In this document: piece after piece, positions 1 to 8,096 of the stretch
Numbering within the stretch: the first letter of the stretch is position 1
Layout of the letters: each line of letters begins with the position of its first letter
From: Gemmata obscuriglobus
Lineage (GTDB): Bacteria > Planctomycetota > Planctomycetia > Gemmatales > Gemmataceae
Assembly (NCBI RefSeq): GCF_008065095.1
Contig: NZ_CP042911.1
Coordinates: 4,950,001 to 4,982,000, forward strand
Direction: 5' to 3'
Length of the DNA stretch: 32,000 bases
Notes under the pieces: model-generated
Told to the model about the DNA's origin: nothing
The model's database searches: none
Seen by the model: only the letters and a program-made list of their open reading frames with translations
Translations under genes and position numbers: made by a program

Positions 1-1456
1 TGGCGAAGTCGAGGAGCGCCTTGCGGCCGGTCGGGTACGTCACCCACTCCTTGCTCCGCTCGGTGCGCCCCGTGGCCAGCACCACCTGCTGCGCCGCGAC
101 GATCCGGGGGACCCACTCCCCCGCGAACGCGTCCTCGCACCGCGTGCCGGCGAGCGCGGACGCGGGGCGCCCGGCGAACGCCTCGAACGCCGGGTTGCAC
201 CCCAGGAGCCGGCCGTCGCGATCCTGGTAGCACACCACGTCCGGCACCGACGCGAACAGCCCCTCGAGCAGCGTGTGCTGTTTGGCCACCTCGCGCACGG
301 CCGCGTCGCGCTCGGTCACGTCCCGGTAGTTCACGACCACCGCGCACACGCTCGGGTCGTCGAGCCGGTTCACCGCGTTCATCTCGACGAGCCGGGTGCC
401 GCCCCGCGCGCCGAGCATGCGGAGCGTGGCCGGAACGTCCTCCCCCGGGCGGCCGATGCTGGCCCCCAGGCGCCGGGCGGCGCCGGGAACGTCGTCGGGG
501 TGGATCAGGGACAGGAGATCCACCCCGACGACGTCCTCCGGGGCGAACCCGAGGACGAACTTGGCGGCCGGCGTGGCGTACCGGATCACGGCCCGCTCGT
601 CGAGCAGCAGAATTCCGTCGCGGCTCTTCTCGACCAGGGCGCGGAACCGCTGCTCGCTCTGGCGCACCGCCTCCTCGGCGTCCCGGCGGGCGGTCACGTC
701 GGTCAGGCATCCGTCGAGGCGGAGCGGCCGACCGCCCCCGTCGCGGACCAGGCGGAGCCGGTCCTGGACCCACCGCACCGCGCCGCCCGGCTGCTGGACC
801 CGGTACAACTGTTCAAGGTCCTCGCCGGCGGCGAGCAGGCGCCGCACGGCCGCGCGGTAGCCCTCGCGTTCGGCCGGGTGAACGGCCTCGGCCCACTTGA
901 ACGGGTGCTCGTAGGGCTCGCCCGGCCGGCCCGCGATGTCCGCCATCTGGGGCGAGACGTACCGGAACTGCCAGCCCGAGAACACGTCCGGCCCCGGGGT
1001 CCGTTCGGCGCTCCAGAGCGCCCCCGGCGCGCTGCCGAGTACGGTGCGCAGCTCCGCCTCGACGCGCCGCGCCTGGGCCAGCGCGGCCCGGCGGTCGCGG
1101 TCGTCGCGGGCGATGATCAGGCCCAACGGCTTCGGCGGCAGGTGCAGCCGCGACACGGTGAGGCTGACCGGGAGCCAGTTGTCGTCCTTCGTGCGGAGCA
1201 GGAACCCGTCCTGCCCGTGGAACACCATGGTCTTGCTGAACGCGCCCTTGAGCCGCTGGGCGCCGCCGCTGGACTCGAACCGGAACAAGTGGGTGGCGGG
1301 CAGCTCGAGCACCTCGGCCCGGGAGAACCCGGTCAGGCGCAGCGCAACGGGGTTCACCTCGAGCAGCCGGTCCGTGTCCGGGTCGAGGAAGAACAGGGCG
1401 TCCCCGATCTCAGAGAGGAGGGCCTGGGCGAGTTCAGCCTGATCGTACGCGGTCAT
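1..1456 (-). CDS. multi-PAS-domain sensor protein, N-terminal part; the gene continues beyond the left edge of the window
   Basis: My own minus-strand translation from ATG (1456-1454) gives MTAYDQAELAQALLSEIGDALFFLDPDTDRLLEVNPVALRLTGFSRAEVLELPATHLFRF... Further PAS-like units follow (GWQFRYVSPQMADIAGRP..., GILLLDERAVIRYATPAAKFVLGFAPEDVVG..., VPDVVCYQDRDGRLLGCNPAFEAFAG...). The frame stays open to position 1, so it is absent from the track. Track ORF 275..1648 (+) is its antisense shadow. Confidence 0.8.
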   Translation of the reverse strand, partial: MTAYDQAELAQALLSEIGDALFFLDPDTDRLLEVNPVALRLTGFSRAEVLELPATHLFRFESSGGAQRLKGAFSKTMVFHGQDGFLLRTKDDNWLPVSLTVSRLHLPPKPLGLIIARDDRDRRAALAQARRVEAELRTVLGSAPGALWSAERTPGPDVFSGWQFRYVSPQMADIAGRPGEPYEHPFKWAEAVHPAEREGYRAAVRRLLAAGEDLEQLYRVQQPGGAVRWVQDRLRLVRDGGGRPLRLDGCLTDVTARRDAEEAVRQSEQRFRALVEKSRDGILLLDERAVIRYATPAAKFVLGFAPEDVVGVDLLSLIHPDDVPGAARRLGASIGRPGEDVPATLRMLGARGGTRLVEMNAVNRLDDPSVCAVVVNYRDVTERDAAVREVAKQHTLLEGLFASVPDVVCYQDRDGRLLGCNPAFEAFAGRPASALAGTRCEDAFAGEWVPRIVAAQQVVLATGRTERSKEWVTYPTGRKALLDFA

Positions 1457-1732
1457 GCGCGCGCGGTCGGTCTATTGGAGGGTCGGTCGTCGTGCCGCGG
1501 CGGATACCGGGGCGCCCCTGGACGAGCGATGGCGAGCAGGGGGAGTATAGCTTACCCGCTCACCACCGCCATACCGAAAACGCCTGCACGAGCGAAAGGG
1601 CTCTCGCCCCGCTCCCGCGCCCGCCGATCGGGATCGCGCGGGGGCTGACCAAAGCACGGCCGTATGGCCAGAATGTGTGGTGACGTGTACCGGCACCCGT
1701 TAACCAGCCCGGCCCACACCACCGGCACCCAA

Positions 1733-2845
1733 ATGATCCTTCACGCACGCCACTATGCCACCGCTCAGCCCGTCGCGGTCACGATCGAGGGGGGGCGCAT
1801 CGCCGCCGTGACCGCCTCGGACCGGGAGGCCGAAGAGTGGATCGCCCCGGCGCTATTCGACCCGCAAATCAACGGCTGCCTCGGCATCAGCTTTAACGCC
1901 ACGGCCCTGACCCCCGACGGGGTGCGTACCGTCACCGACGTGTGCTTGGCGCACGGGATCGGCGCGTTCGCCGCCACCCTCGTGACCAACAGCTCCGGGG
2001 CGCTGCGTCACGGGTTCGCGACGCTCGCCCGGGCGCTCGACTCGGACCCCGAACTGGCGCGGCGGGTGCCGTGCTTCCATCTGGAAGGGCCGTACCTGTC
2101 CGCGGACGACGGCCCCCGCGGCGCGCACCCCCGGCAGCACACCCGCGACCCAGATCGGGAGGAGTTCCGGCGGCTCCAGGACGCCGCCGGCGGGCGCATC
2201 CGTATGGTGACGCTCGCCCCGGAGCGCTCAGGCGCGCTGCCCTTCATTGAGGAGCTGACCGCGGCCGGTGTGGTCGTTGCGATCGGCCACACCGCCGCCA
2301 CCGGGCAGCAGATCCGTGACGCAGTGGCGGCCGGCGCGCGCACCAGCACCCACCTGGGCAACGGGTGCCACGCCACGCTCCCGCGGCACGACAACTATCT
2401 CTGGGAGCAGCTCGCGTGCGACGAGCTGCGGGCCAGCATCATCACCGACGGCCACCACCTGCCCGCCACCCTCATCAAGTGCATCGTCCGCGCGAAGGGA
2501 ACGGCCCGGCTGCTGCTAACGTGCGACGCGGGGAGCCTGGCCGGGCTGCCGCCGGGAACTTACTCCGAGTGGGGGACCGAACTGGAGGTGCTCCCCTCCG
2601 GGAAGATCGTGGTCGCCGGGACGCCGTTCCTCGCCGGCAGCGGGCACTTCACCGACACCTGCGTGTCGCACCTGCTTGATGTCATGCCGGACCTCGGGTT
2701 AAAAGCCGTGCTCGACCTCGCCTCGGCCCGGCCGCGCGAGTTGCTGGGCCTGCCGGTGACGAAACTCGAACCCGGGCACCCGGCGGACCTGATGCTCTTC
2801 ACCTGGCGCCCCAGCGCCGCACTGACCGTCCGGCGGGTGCTGTGA
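1733..2845 (+). CDS. nagA: N-acetylglucosamine-6-phosphate deacetylase (NagA-family amidohydrolase)
   Basis: In frame with track ORF 1664..2845; start moved to ATG 1733 (MILHARHY...). NagA hallmarks are present: FDPQINGCLGISFN (the E. coli-type QxN variant of the HxH site), FHLEGPYLS...GAH, IRMVTLAPE, IGHTAAT, STHLGNG, ITDGHH. Confidence 0.85.
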   Translation: MILHARHYATAQPVAVTIEGGRIAAVTASDREAEEWIAPALFDPQINGCLGISFNATALTPDGVRTVTDVCLAHGIGAFAATLVTNSSGALRHGFATLARALDSDPELARRVPCFHLEGPYLSADDGPRGAHPRQHTRDPDREEFRRLQDAAGGRIRMVTLAPERSGALPFIEELTAAGVVVAIGHTAATGQQIRDAVAAGARTSTHLGNGCHATLPRHDNYLWEQLACDELRASIITDGHHLPATLIKCIVRAKGTARLLLTCDAGSLAGLPPGTYSEWGTELEVLPSGKIVVAGTPFLAGSGHFTDTCVSHLLDVMPDLGLKAVLDLASARPRELLGLPVTKLEPGHPADLMLFTWRPSAALTVRRVL

Positions 2846-2901
2846 CTTCCGCGCCTCCGGCGGCGCTGGTAGAGTTAAGTAACAACCCGAGAGGACCGCG
2901 A

Positions 2902-3315
2902 ATGAGCGTCGCCCCCTTGGTCCGTCGGGTGACGGTGTGCCGAAAGGTCGAGGCCGCGAGCGGGCCGCTGGGGCTCCCGTACACGGCGCGCGGGATCGAA
3001 ACGACGATCCGCCCGCCGGTGGGCGGGGCGTTCCCGTACGCGGAGCAGGAGTTGTGGCTGTTCGTCCAGTACGCGGACGGTCAAGGCACCCACCCGGTGC
3101 GGTTCGAATTGGTCCGCCAGCGGCTCGAAACGGAAGACCCGGTTGTGGCGTTCGATCTGCCGCCGATCCACATGACCCGCGGCCGCTTTTTTGTGCTGAA
3201 CCGCGGGTACCGGTTGGCCCTTGTGCCGTTTCCCGAACCGGGCATTTACGAGTTCCGCATCCGGTGCGGGAACAACGCCGGGTGCGACGAAATTCGTCTG
3301 GAGGACACCGCATGA
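2902..3315 (+). CDS. hypothetical protein (137 aa), no recognisable domain
   Basis: In frame with track ORF 2842..3315. ATG 2902 is preceded by GAGAGG (2889-2894). An alternative GTG at 2842 overlaps the nagA stop as GTGA. High third-position GC. Sequence looks beta-rich (ELWLFVQYADGQGTHPVRFELV..., GIYEFRIRCG). Confidence 0.55.
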   Translation: MSVAPLVRRVTVCRKVEAASGPLGLPYTARGIETTIRPPVGGAFPYAEQELWLFVQYADGQGTHPVRFELVRQRLETEDPVVAFDLPPIHMTRGRFFVLNRGYRLALVPFPEPGIYEFRIRCGNNAGCDEIRLEDTA

Positions 3316-3701
3316 CCGGCGAACCGGCCGAGGGCCAGCGCCCCGACGAGGATTTTGAGATCGTTGAGGTCGACGTGGGCCGCTACCTGACCGACGAGCA
3401 GCGTGCGTGGCCGGTCGGCGTCGGGCAGCGGCCGGAGCAAGAGTTTGCGATCGAGGGGCCGCTCCCGGCGCTGAGCGTGCGCGCCCCCGAGGCGCGACTC
3501 GCGGCGCTGGTGAGCGTGCTGTCGGAGCAGGAGACTAAACTCGGCGGGAGCGGGCTCGAACTGGCGCACCGGGCACGCGACGCGAACGGCGTTCGCGCGA
3601 CGCTGGTGCCGCGGCGGGTGGAAGGGGCACGGACCCGATTCGAGCTGATAGCCCGGTGGGCGGCCGCGTTCGGATCCGAAGTGGCGGTGACGGTGGTGTG
3701 A
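3312..3701 (+). CDS. hypothetical protein (129 aa), translationally coupled to the preceding ORF
   Basis: ATG 3312 overlaps the upstream TGA (3313-3315) as ATGA. It is the C-terminal part of track ORF 2937..3701: MTGEPAEGQRPDEDFEIVEVDVGRYLTDEQRAWPV... No family recognised. Confidence 0.5.
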   Translation: MTGEPAEGQRPDEDFEIVEVDVGRYLTDEQRAWPVGVGQRPEQEFAIEGPLPALSVRAPEARLAALVSVLSEQETKLGGSGLELAHRARDANGVRATLVPRRVEGARTRFELIARWAAAFGSEVAVTVV

Positions 3702-4060
3702 GGTCCGCGCCCGGGTGTCGGACTTTGCAATACGACGCTGACGGACCTTGGGCCGACACATTGGGGACATCGTACCGCCTCGCAGCCGCTCGCCAGGCGC
3801 ACCACAATGAAACCCGGCGAAGCGGTGTGGCCCGCCTGTACCGGGTCGCAAGACCGGTACCGCCCGAGGAACCGGCCACGGCTCGACTTCAACCTGGAAT
3901 GAAGAGGCCTTCCCCGGCCCGGACATCCGAGGCTTGAAATGCCAAGGCCGGTTCCGTGGAACGTCTCAACACGACCACCGCCAGCGTCGGCTGAGTCGAG
4001 GCGCGTGTAATGCGCGGCGCGTCGTCGTGTATCCATTTTGTGTCACGACTGGATACGAAC

Positions 4061-5464
4061 ATGTCCCCGCCGGTCCCTCCTGCGTCACCTGATCCTCCCG
4101 CGGCCGGAGCCACCAGCGCCGCCCCGCCGGCGACGCGCCCGCGGGTAACGTGGACAGCCGCCCTCGTGGTCGCGGCGGCGCTGGTCGCTGCGCTCGGGGT
4201 GGTGCCCTACGTTCACTACCGTCTGACCCACTCTCTCACCGACGACGCCTTCGTCGAGTCCCACCTCACGCACCTCGGGGCACAGACCCCGGGCCTCATC
4301 ACGCGGGTTCTGGTCGAGGAGCGGGACGCGGTGAAGGCCGGCCAACTGCTCGCCGAAATCGACCCCGAACCGCACCGGCGGGCGGTCGATCTGGCGGCCG
4401 CCAAACGCGCTAAAGCGGAGGGCGAACTGACGCTCGAGCGGTCGACGTGGGAGCGGTTGGAGAAAGAGCACCCGCGCCGCGTCGCGGCAGCCAAGGCCGA
4501 CCTAGCATTCGCCGAGGCCGGGGTGTCCCAGGCGAAGACGGAGCTAGAAGTGGTCCGGGTTGATGTGGACAAGGCCGTTCGGGAGGCCGAGGCGGCGGTC
4601 GCGTCCGCCAAGGCGTCGCTGGTCAAGGCGGACGAGGACGCGACCCGGTACGAGCGGCTGTTCAAGGAGGCGTCGGTCCCGAAGGTGAAATGGGAGGACG
4701 CGGTCAAAGCCCGCGCGGCCGCCGACGCCGACGTGCAAACGGCCGAAGCCAAACTCGACCGCGCCACCTCGAACCGCCGCAAGGTGGCGATCGCCGAACA
4801 GGCGGTGGCGGTTGCGAGCAGCCGCCGGGACAAGGCGGCCGAAGAGCTGCGGCTCACAGAGCTGGGCCGGCTGACCGTGGAGGAAGCCGGGCTCAAGGTG
4901 AAGGTGCTGGAGCGCGAGGTGGACCAGGCCAAGCGCAACGAAGCGTCGGTGCGGACGCAGCTCGAGTACTGCCGCGTCGTCGCCCCGTTCGACGGGATCG
5001 TTGTGAAGCGGTACCGCAACCCCGGCGACCACGCCCCGCTCGGCTCGCCGGTGCTCAGCCTCTACGACCCGGACCTCGTGTACGTCACCGCTTACCTGGA
5101 AGAAGACCGGCTGGCCGGCGTGTCGCCGGGCAACGCGGCGGTGCTGAAGCTGGACGCCTTCCGGCAGCCGCTCGCCGGCCGGGTGGTCTGGGTCGGACAG
5201 GCGACCGGGGCCAACTTCGCGCTCGTGCCCCGGGACGTTAGCTCCGGGGAATTCACCAAGGTGCCGCAACGGGTGCCGGTCCGCATCCTCCCCGACCGGG
5301 ACGAACGCTGGGGCGACCTCCGACCGGGGCTGTCCGTATCCGTAGTCATCGACCACGGAGCGGGCGACCGGGAGTGGGCGGCAACACAGGCCGAACGGCT
5401 GCGGGCGCGGGGCGAACGCGGGCAAGGACCGTTGCCGACGGCGGGAACGGGGGGCGGGCCGTGA
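4061..5464 (+). CDS. HlyD/EmrA-family membrane fusion (periplasmic adaptor) protein
   Basis: Track ORF 4010..5464. It has one N-terminal TM (WTAALVVAAALVAALGVV), then TDDAFVESHLTHLGAQTPGLITRVLVEERDAVKAGQLLAEID, a long Ala/Glu-rich coiled coil, and a C-terminal beta-barrel part (VVAPFDGIVVKRY..., GEFTKVPQRVPVRI). Start placed at ATG 4061 because codons 4010-4060 have low third-position GC; 4010 remains possible. Confidence 0.85.
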   Translation: MSPPVPPASPDPPAAGATSAAPPATRPRVTWTAALVVAAALVAALGVVPYVHYRLTHSLTDDAFVESHLTHLGAQTPGLITRVLVEERDAVKAGQLLAEIDPEPHRRAVDLAAAKRAKAEGELTLERSTWERLEKEHPRRVAAAKADLAFAEAGVSQAKTELEVVRVDVDKAVREAEAAVASAKASLVKADEDATRYERLFKEASVPKVKWEDAVKARAAADADVQTAEAKLDRATSNRRKVAIAEQAVAVASSRRDKAAEELRLTELGRLTVEEAGLKVKVLEREVDQAKRNEASVRTQLEYCRVVAPFDGIVVKRYRNPGDHAPLGSPVLSLYDPDLVYVTAYLEEDRLAGVSPGNAAVLKLDAFRQPLAGRVVWVGQATGANFALVPRDVSSGEFTKVPQRVPVRILPDRDERWGDLRPGLSVSVVIDHGAGDREWAATQAERLRARGERGQGPLPTAGTGGGP

Positions 5465-7026
5465 CCCCACCCCGCTCGCCCGAGCGCGACTTCCTGGGGC
5501 ACGTCGGTGTGGTGCTGGCCATCGTCCCGGCCATGCTCCTGGCCGGGATCACCGCCACCCTCACCGAACTGCCCCGCATCTTCGTCGTCAGCGAACTGGC
5601 GTCCGACCGCTACCGGTTCCAGTGGGTCACCGGCGCGACACTGGTGGGCGGCGTGATCGGTATCGCCGGCGTGGGGTGGCTGGCCGGTCACATCGGGCTG
5701 CGGCGCTGCTACCTGCTCGGGCTGATGCTGTACACGGCCGGGAGCGCCGCGGCCTCCCTGGCGCCCGGCACCGACCCGCTGGCCGTGGCCCGGTGCGTGC
5801 AGAGTTGCGGGAACGGGCTGGTGGCGACGACGGTACTCGCGCTGCTGTGGCGCGAGTTCCCCGCGCACCGCGACCTCGGGATCGCGGTGTTCGCGTTCGG
5901 GGTCTACTTCGGCCGCATCGCCGGGCCGAGCATCAGCACCTGGCTCGTCACCCACGACGACTGGCGGAGCGTCTTTTACGCCACCGCTGCGGCCGGCGCG
6001 ATCGGTCTGCTCGTAGCCTGGCGGGCGCTGCCGCCGGACGCGCCGGCAGTCGAACCGCCGGGGGCGTTCGACTTCACAGGGCTGGCCCTGCTGGTCGCCT
6101 GGGTGGTGTGCCTGGTCATCGGGCTGTACCGGTTCCAGTTGTGGGGCTGGCAGCGGGCGAACGAAACCCTGGTGGTGGCCGCGCTCGGGCTCGCCCTGTT
6201 AGCGGCGTTCGTGCGGCAGCAGTTCACCGCCCCCCGACCGCTGCTCGACCTGCGGCTGTTCTCCCGGCACCACTTCGCAATGGGCGTGGTCATCAAAGCG
6301 CTGATCGACGGCCAGTTCTTCGCCGTACTCGGCATCCTCACGCGGTACATGGCCGTCACCCGCGACTACCAGCGGGTGGCGACCGGCGCGGTCCTGCTGC
6401 CGGCGGTGGCAGCGATGACCGGCACGCTGGTCTTCACGGCCCACTTCGGCACGCGCGACAACCGCAAGCGGCGGCTGCTCGTCGGGCTGGTCGGTATGAC
6501 CCTCGCCACCTGGCAACTGACCCGAATCGACTTGTTCACCAGCAAGGAATGGGTGGGCTTGGTGGCGGCGGTGTGGGCGGCGGCCGTGGGGCTCGTCGCC
6601 TCCCCGGTCATCTGCATCGCCCAGGACAATCTGCGCCCGGAGGAGATTGCGAGTTCGGCGAGCATCAAGAACCTCGGGCTGGTGCTGCCCGGGGCGATCT
6701 GCGGCGGGCTGATCGCGATCGCCAGCGAGCGGGCCGGCGACGCGTACTTCGACACGCTCCGGCAAACGATTCAGGTGAACCGGGTGCCGGTCGGCGACGT
6801 GTCGGCCGGGCTCACCGACTGGATCACCCGCACGCACGGGAGCACCCCGGGCGCGGCCGACCTCCAGGCGGCCCAGGTGCTCGCCCGGTACGTCCGGTCC
6901 ACCGCCGCCGTTTACGCCGACCAGACGGCCTTCGGCTGGCTGACGGTCATCAGCGTGGCGACCTTCGTGCTGGCCTGCTTCTTGCGCCGGCTCCCACCGG
7001 AAGCACCCGGGCCGCGGCGGGGCTGA
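5461..7026 (+). CDS. MFS transporter, DHA2/EmrB-like (about 14 TM segments)
   Basis: In frame with track ORF 5374..7026. GTG 5461 overlaps the HlyD stop (5462-5464) as GTGA. About 14 hydrophobic segments by eye, with a large loop before the last TM as in EmrB/QacA-type pumps. Confidence 0.8.
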   Translation: MTPPRSPERDFLGHVGVVLAIVPAMLLAGITATLTELPRIFVVSELASDRYRFQWVTGATLVGGVIGIAGVGWLAGHIGLRRCYLLGLMLYTAGSAAASLAPGTDPLAVARCVQSCGNGLVATTVLALLWREFPAHRDLGIAVFAFGVYFGRIAGPSISTWLVTHDDWRSVFYATAAAGAIGLLVAWRALPPDAPAVEPPGAFDFTGLALLVAWVVCLVIGLYRFQLWGWQRANETLVVAALGLALLAAFVRQQFTAPRPLLDLRLFSRHHFAMGVVIKALIDGQFFAVLGILTRYMAVTRDYQRVATGAVLLPAVAAMTGTLVFTAHFGTRDNRKRRLLVGLVGMTLATWQLTRIDLFTSKEWVGLVAAVWAAAVGLVASPVICIAQDNLRPEEIASSASIKNLGLVLPGAICGGLIAIASERAGDAYFDTLRQTIQVNRVPVGDVSAGLTDWITRTHGSTPGAADLQAAQVLARYVRSTAAVYADQTAFGWLTVISVATFVLACFLRRLPPEAPGPRRG

Positions 7027-7247
7027 CACGGGTCTAATAATCAAGCGGTCGGGGCGGGCGGTCTGTTCTCGGGCGGTCACGCGAAACGTATCGTCCGCGT
7101 GCGCGATCACCGACCTGCAAACAAAACGAGGAAGTGTCACGGGTCCAAGCTGACACGGCTTCCGCACCCGGTTACGCTGACGGTTGTGCGAGCTCGGTGC
7201 GTTCGAGGCCCTGCGCCAAAAAGTTCCGGAAGGGGAGATGCGGGGCA

Positions 7248-8003
7248 ATGGCAGACTTCACTCCGACGCAGGGCCGCTATCTGGCGTTCATCCACGCGTA
7301 CATCAGCCTGCACGGCTTCCCGCCCGCCGAATCCGAGATCGCCGCCGCGATGTGCGTTTCGGCGCCGTCTGCGCACCAGATGATCAAGACGCTGGAAAAG
7401 AAAGGGTTGATCCTGCGCCACCCGGGGCACGCCCGCGCGCTCCAGATCATGATCCCGGAAGCCGAAATTCCGTCGTGGAATCAGCGCGCCGCGGGGAAAC
7501 GGTCCGCACCCCCTGCGGCCCGGACTGACCGCGTACCAGCAGCCCCGCCCGCGCCGCCGGGAACTCTTTACGTCTTCGAGGTGTTCCTGGCTGGCGGGCC
7601 GGTGAGCGAAAAGTACACAGGTAAGGAGATCAGTCGCACCATCGAGATCCGCGGCGACCAAACGCTCGAGCAGTTGCACCGCTCCATCTTCGCGGCGTTC
7701 GACCGGTTCGAGGAGCACCTCTACGAGTTCCAGTTCGGGAAACGGCCGTTCGACCCGAAAGGCCCCAACTACGGCATCCCCGACGCGGGCGAGAGCCGAA
7801 AGGGGTACGGCGACGCGCGCACGACCACGCTGGACGCCCTCGGACTGACCGAAGACAAGGTCTTCGGTTACCTGTTCGACTTCGGGGACGAGTGGTTCCA
7901 CCAGATCCAGATTCGGCGGATCGAGCAAGCGATCCCGACGGTCACCTACCCGCGCGTCATCAAGCGGGTCGGCCCGTCCCCTCCGCAGTACGATGAGGAA
8001 TAG
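7248..8003 (+). CDS. LexA-type winged-helix DNA-binding domain fused to a plasmid pRiA4b ORF-3-like (PRiA4_ORF3) domain
   Basis: In frame with track ORF 7134..8003. ATG 7248 follows GGAAGGGGAG. The N-terminus TPTQGRYLAFIHAYISLHGFPPAESEIAAAMCVSAPSAHQMIKTLEKKGLILR matches the LexA N-terminal pattern (E. coli [29 protein letters not shown]...HLKALARKGVI). The C-terminus (LYVFEVFL...TLEQLHRSIFAAFDRFEEHLYEFQFG...YLFDFGDEWFHQIQI) matches the PRiA4_ORF3 pattern. There is no S24 peptidase domain. Confidence 0.7.
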   Translation: MADFTPTQGRYLAFIHAYISLHGFPPAESEIAAAMCVSAPSAHQMIKTLEKKGLILRHPGHARALQIMIPEAEIPSWNQRAAGKRSAPPAARTDRVPAAPPAPPGTLYVFEVFLAGGPVSEKYTGKEISRTIEIRGDQTLEQLHRSIFAAFDRFEEHLYEFQFGKRPFDPKGPNYGIPDAGESRKGYGDARTTTLDALGLTEDKVFGYLFDFGDEWFHQIQIRRIEQAIPTVTYPRVIKRVGPSPPQYDEE

Positions 8004-8096
8004 TCGCGCCCGCTCACGCTCCGCGCGTGCCGGGCCGACAACTCGTCGTTGGACGTAACACACCTGTCCGGACCGGTGCCCGCTTTAACCCGGGCG

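Noticed and set aside
275-1648. 457-aa plus-strand ORF (plus nested ORFs 396..860 and 936..1442)
   Set aside because: It is extremely Arg/Pro/Gly/Ala-rich with no domain pattern. It lies exactly antisense to a minus-strand frame that translates into clean PAS domains. This is a typical high-GC shadow ORF.
3702-4060. RNase P RNA-like or cobalamin-riboswitch-like fragments (ACAATGAAACCCGGC on plus; GGATGTCCGGGCC on minus; GCCACGG)
   Set aside because: The fragments lie on different strands or in the wrong order. The universally conserved RNase P regions (GGAAAGTCCGGGC with a matching P4 partner, the GGTAAGAGCGCACC region) and the B12 box are absent. I kept it only as an unclassified structured spacer.
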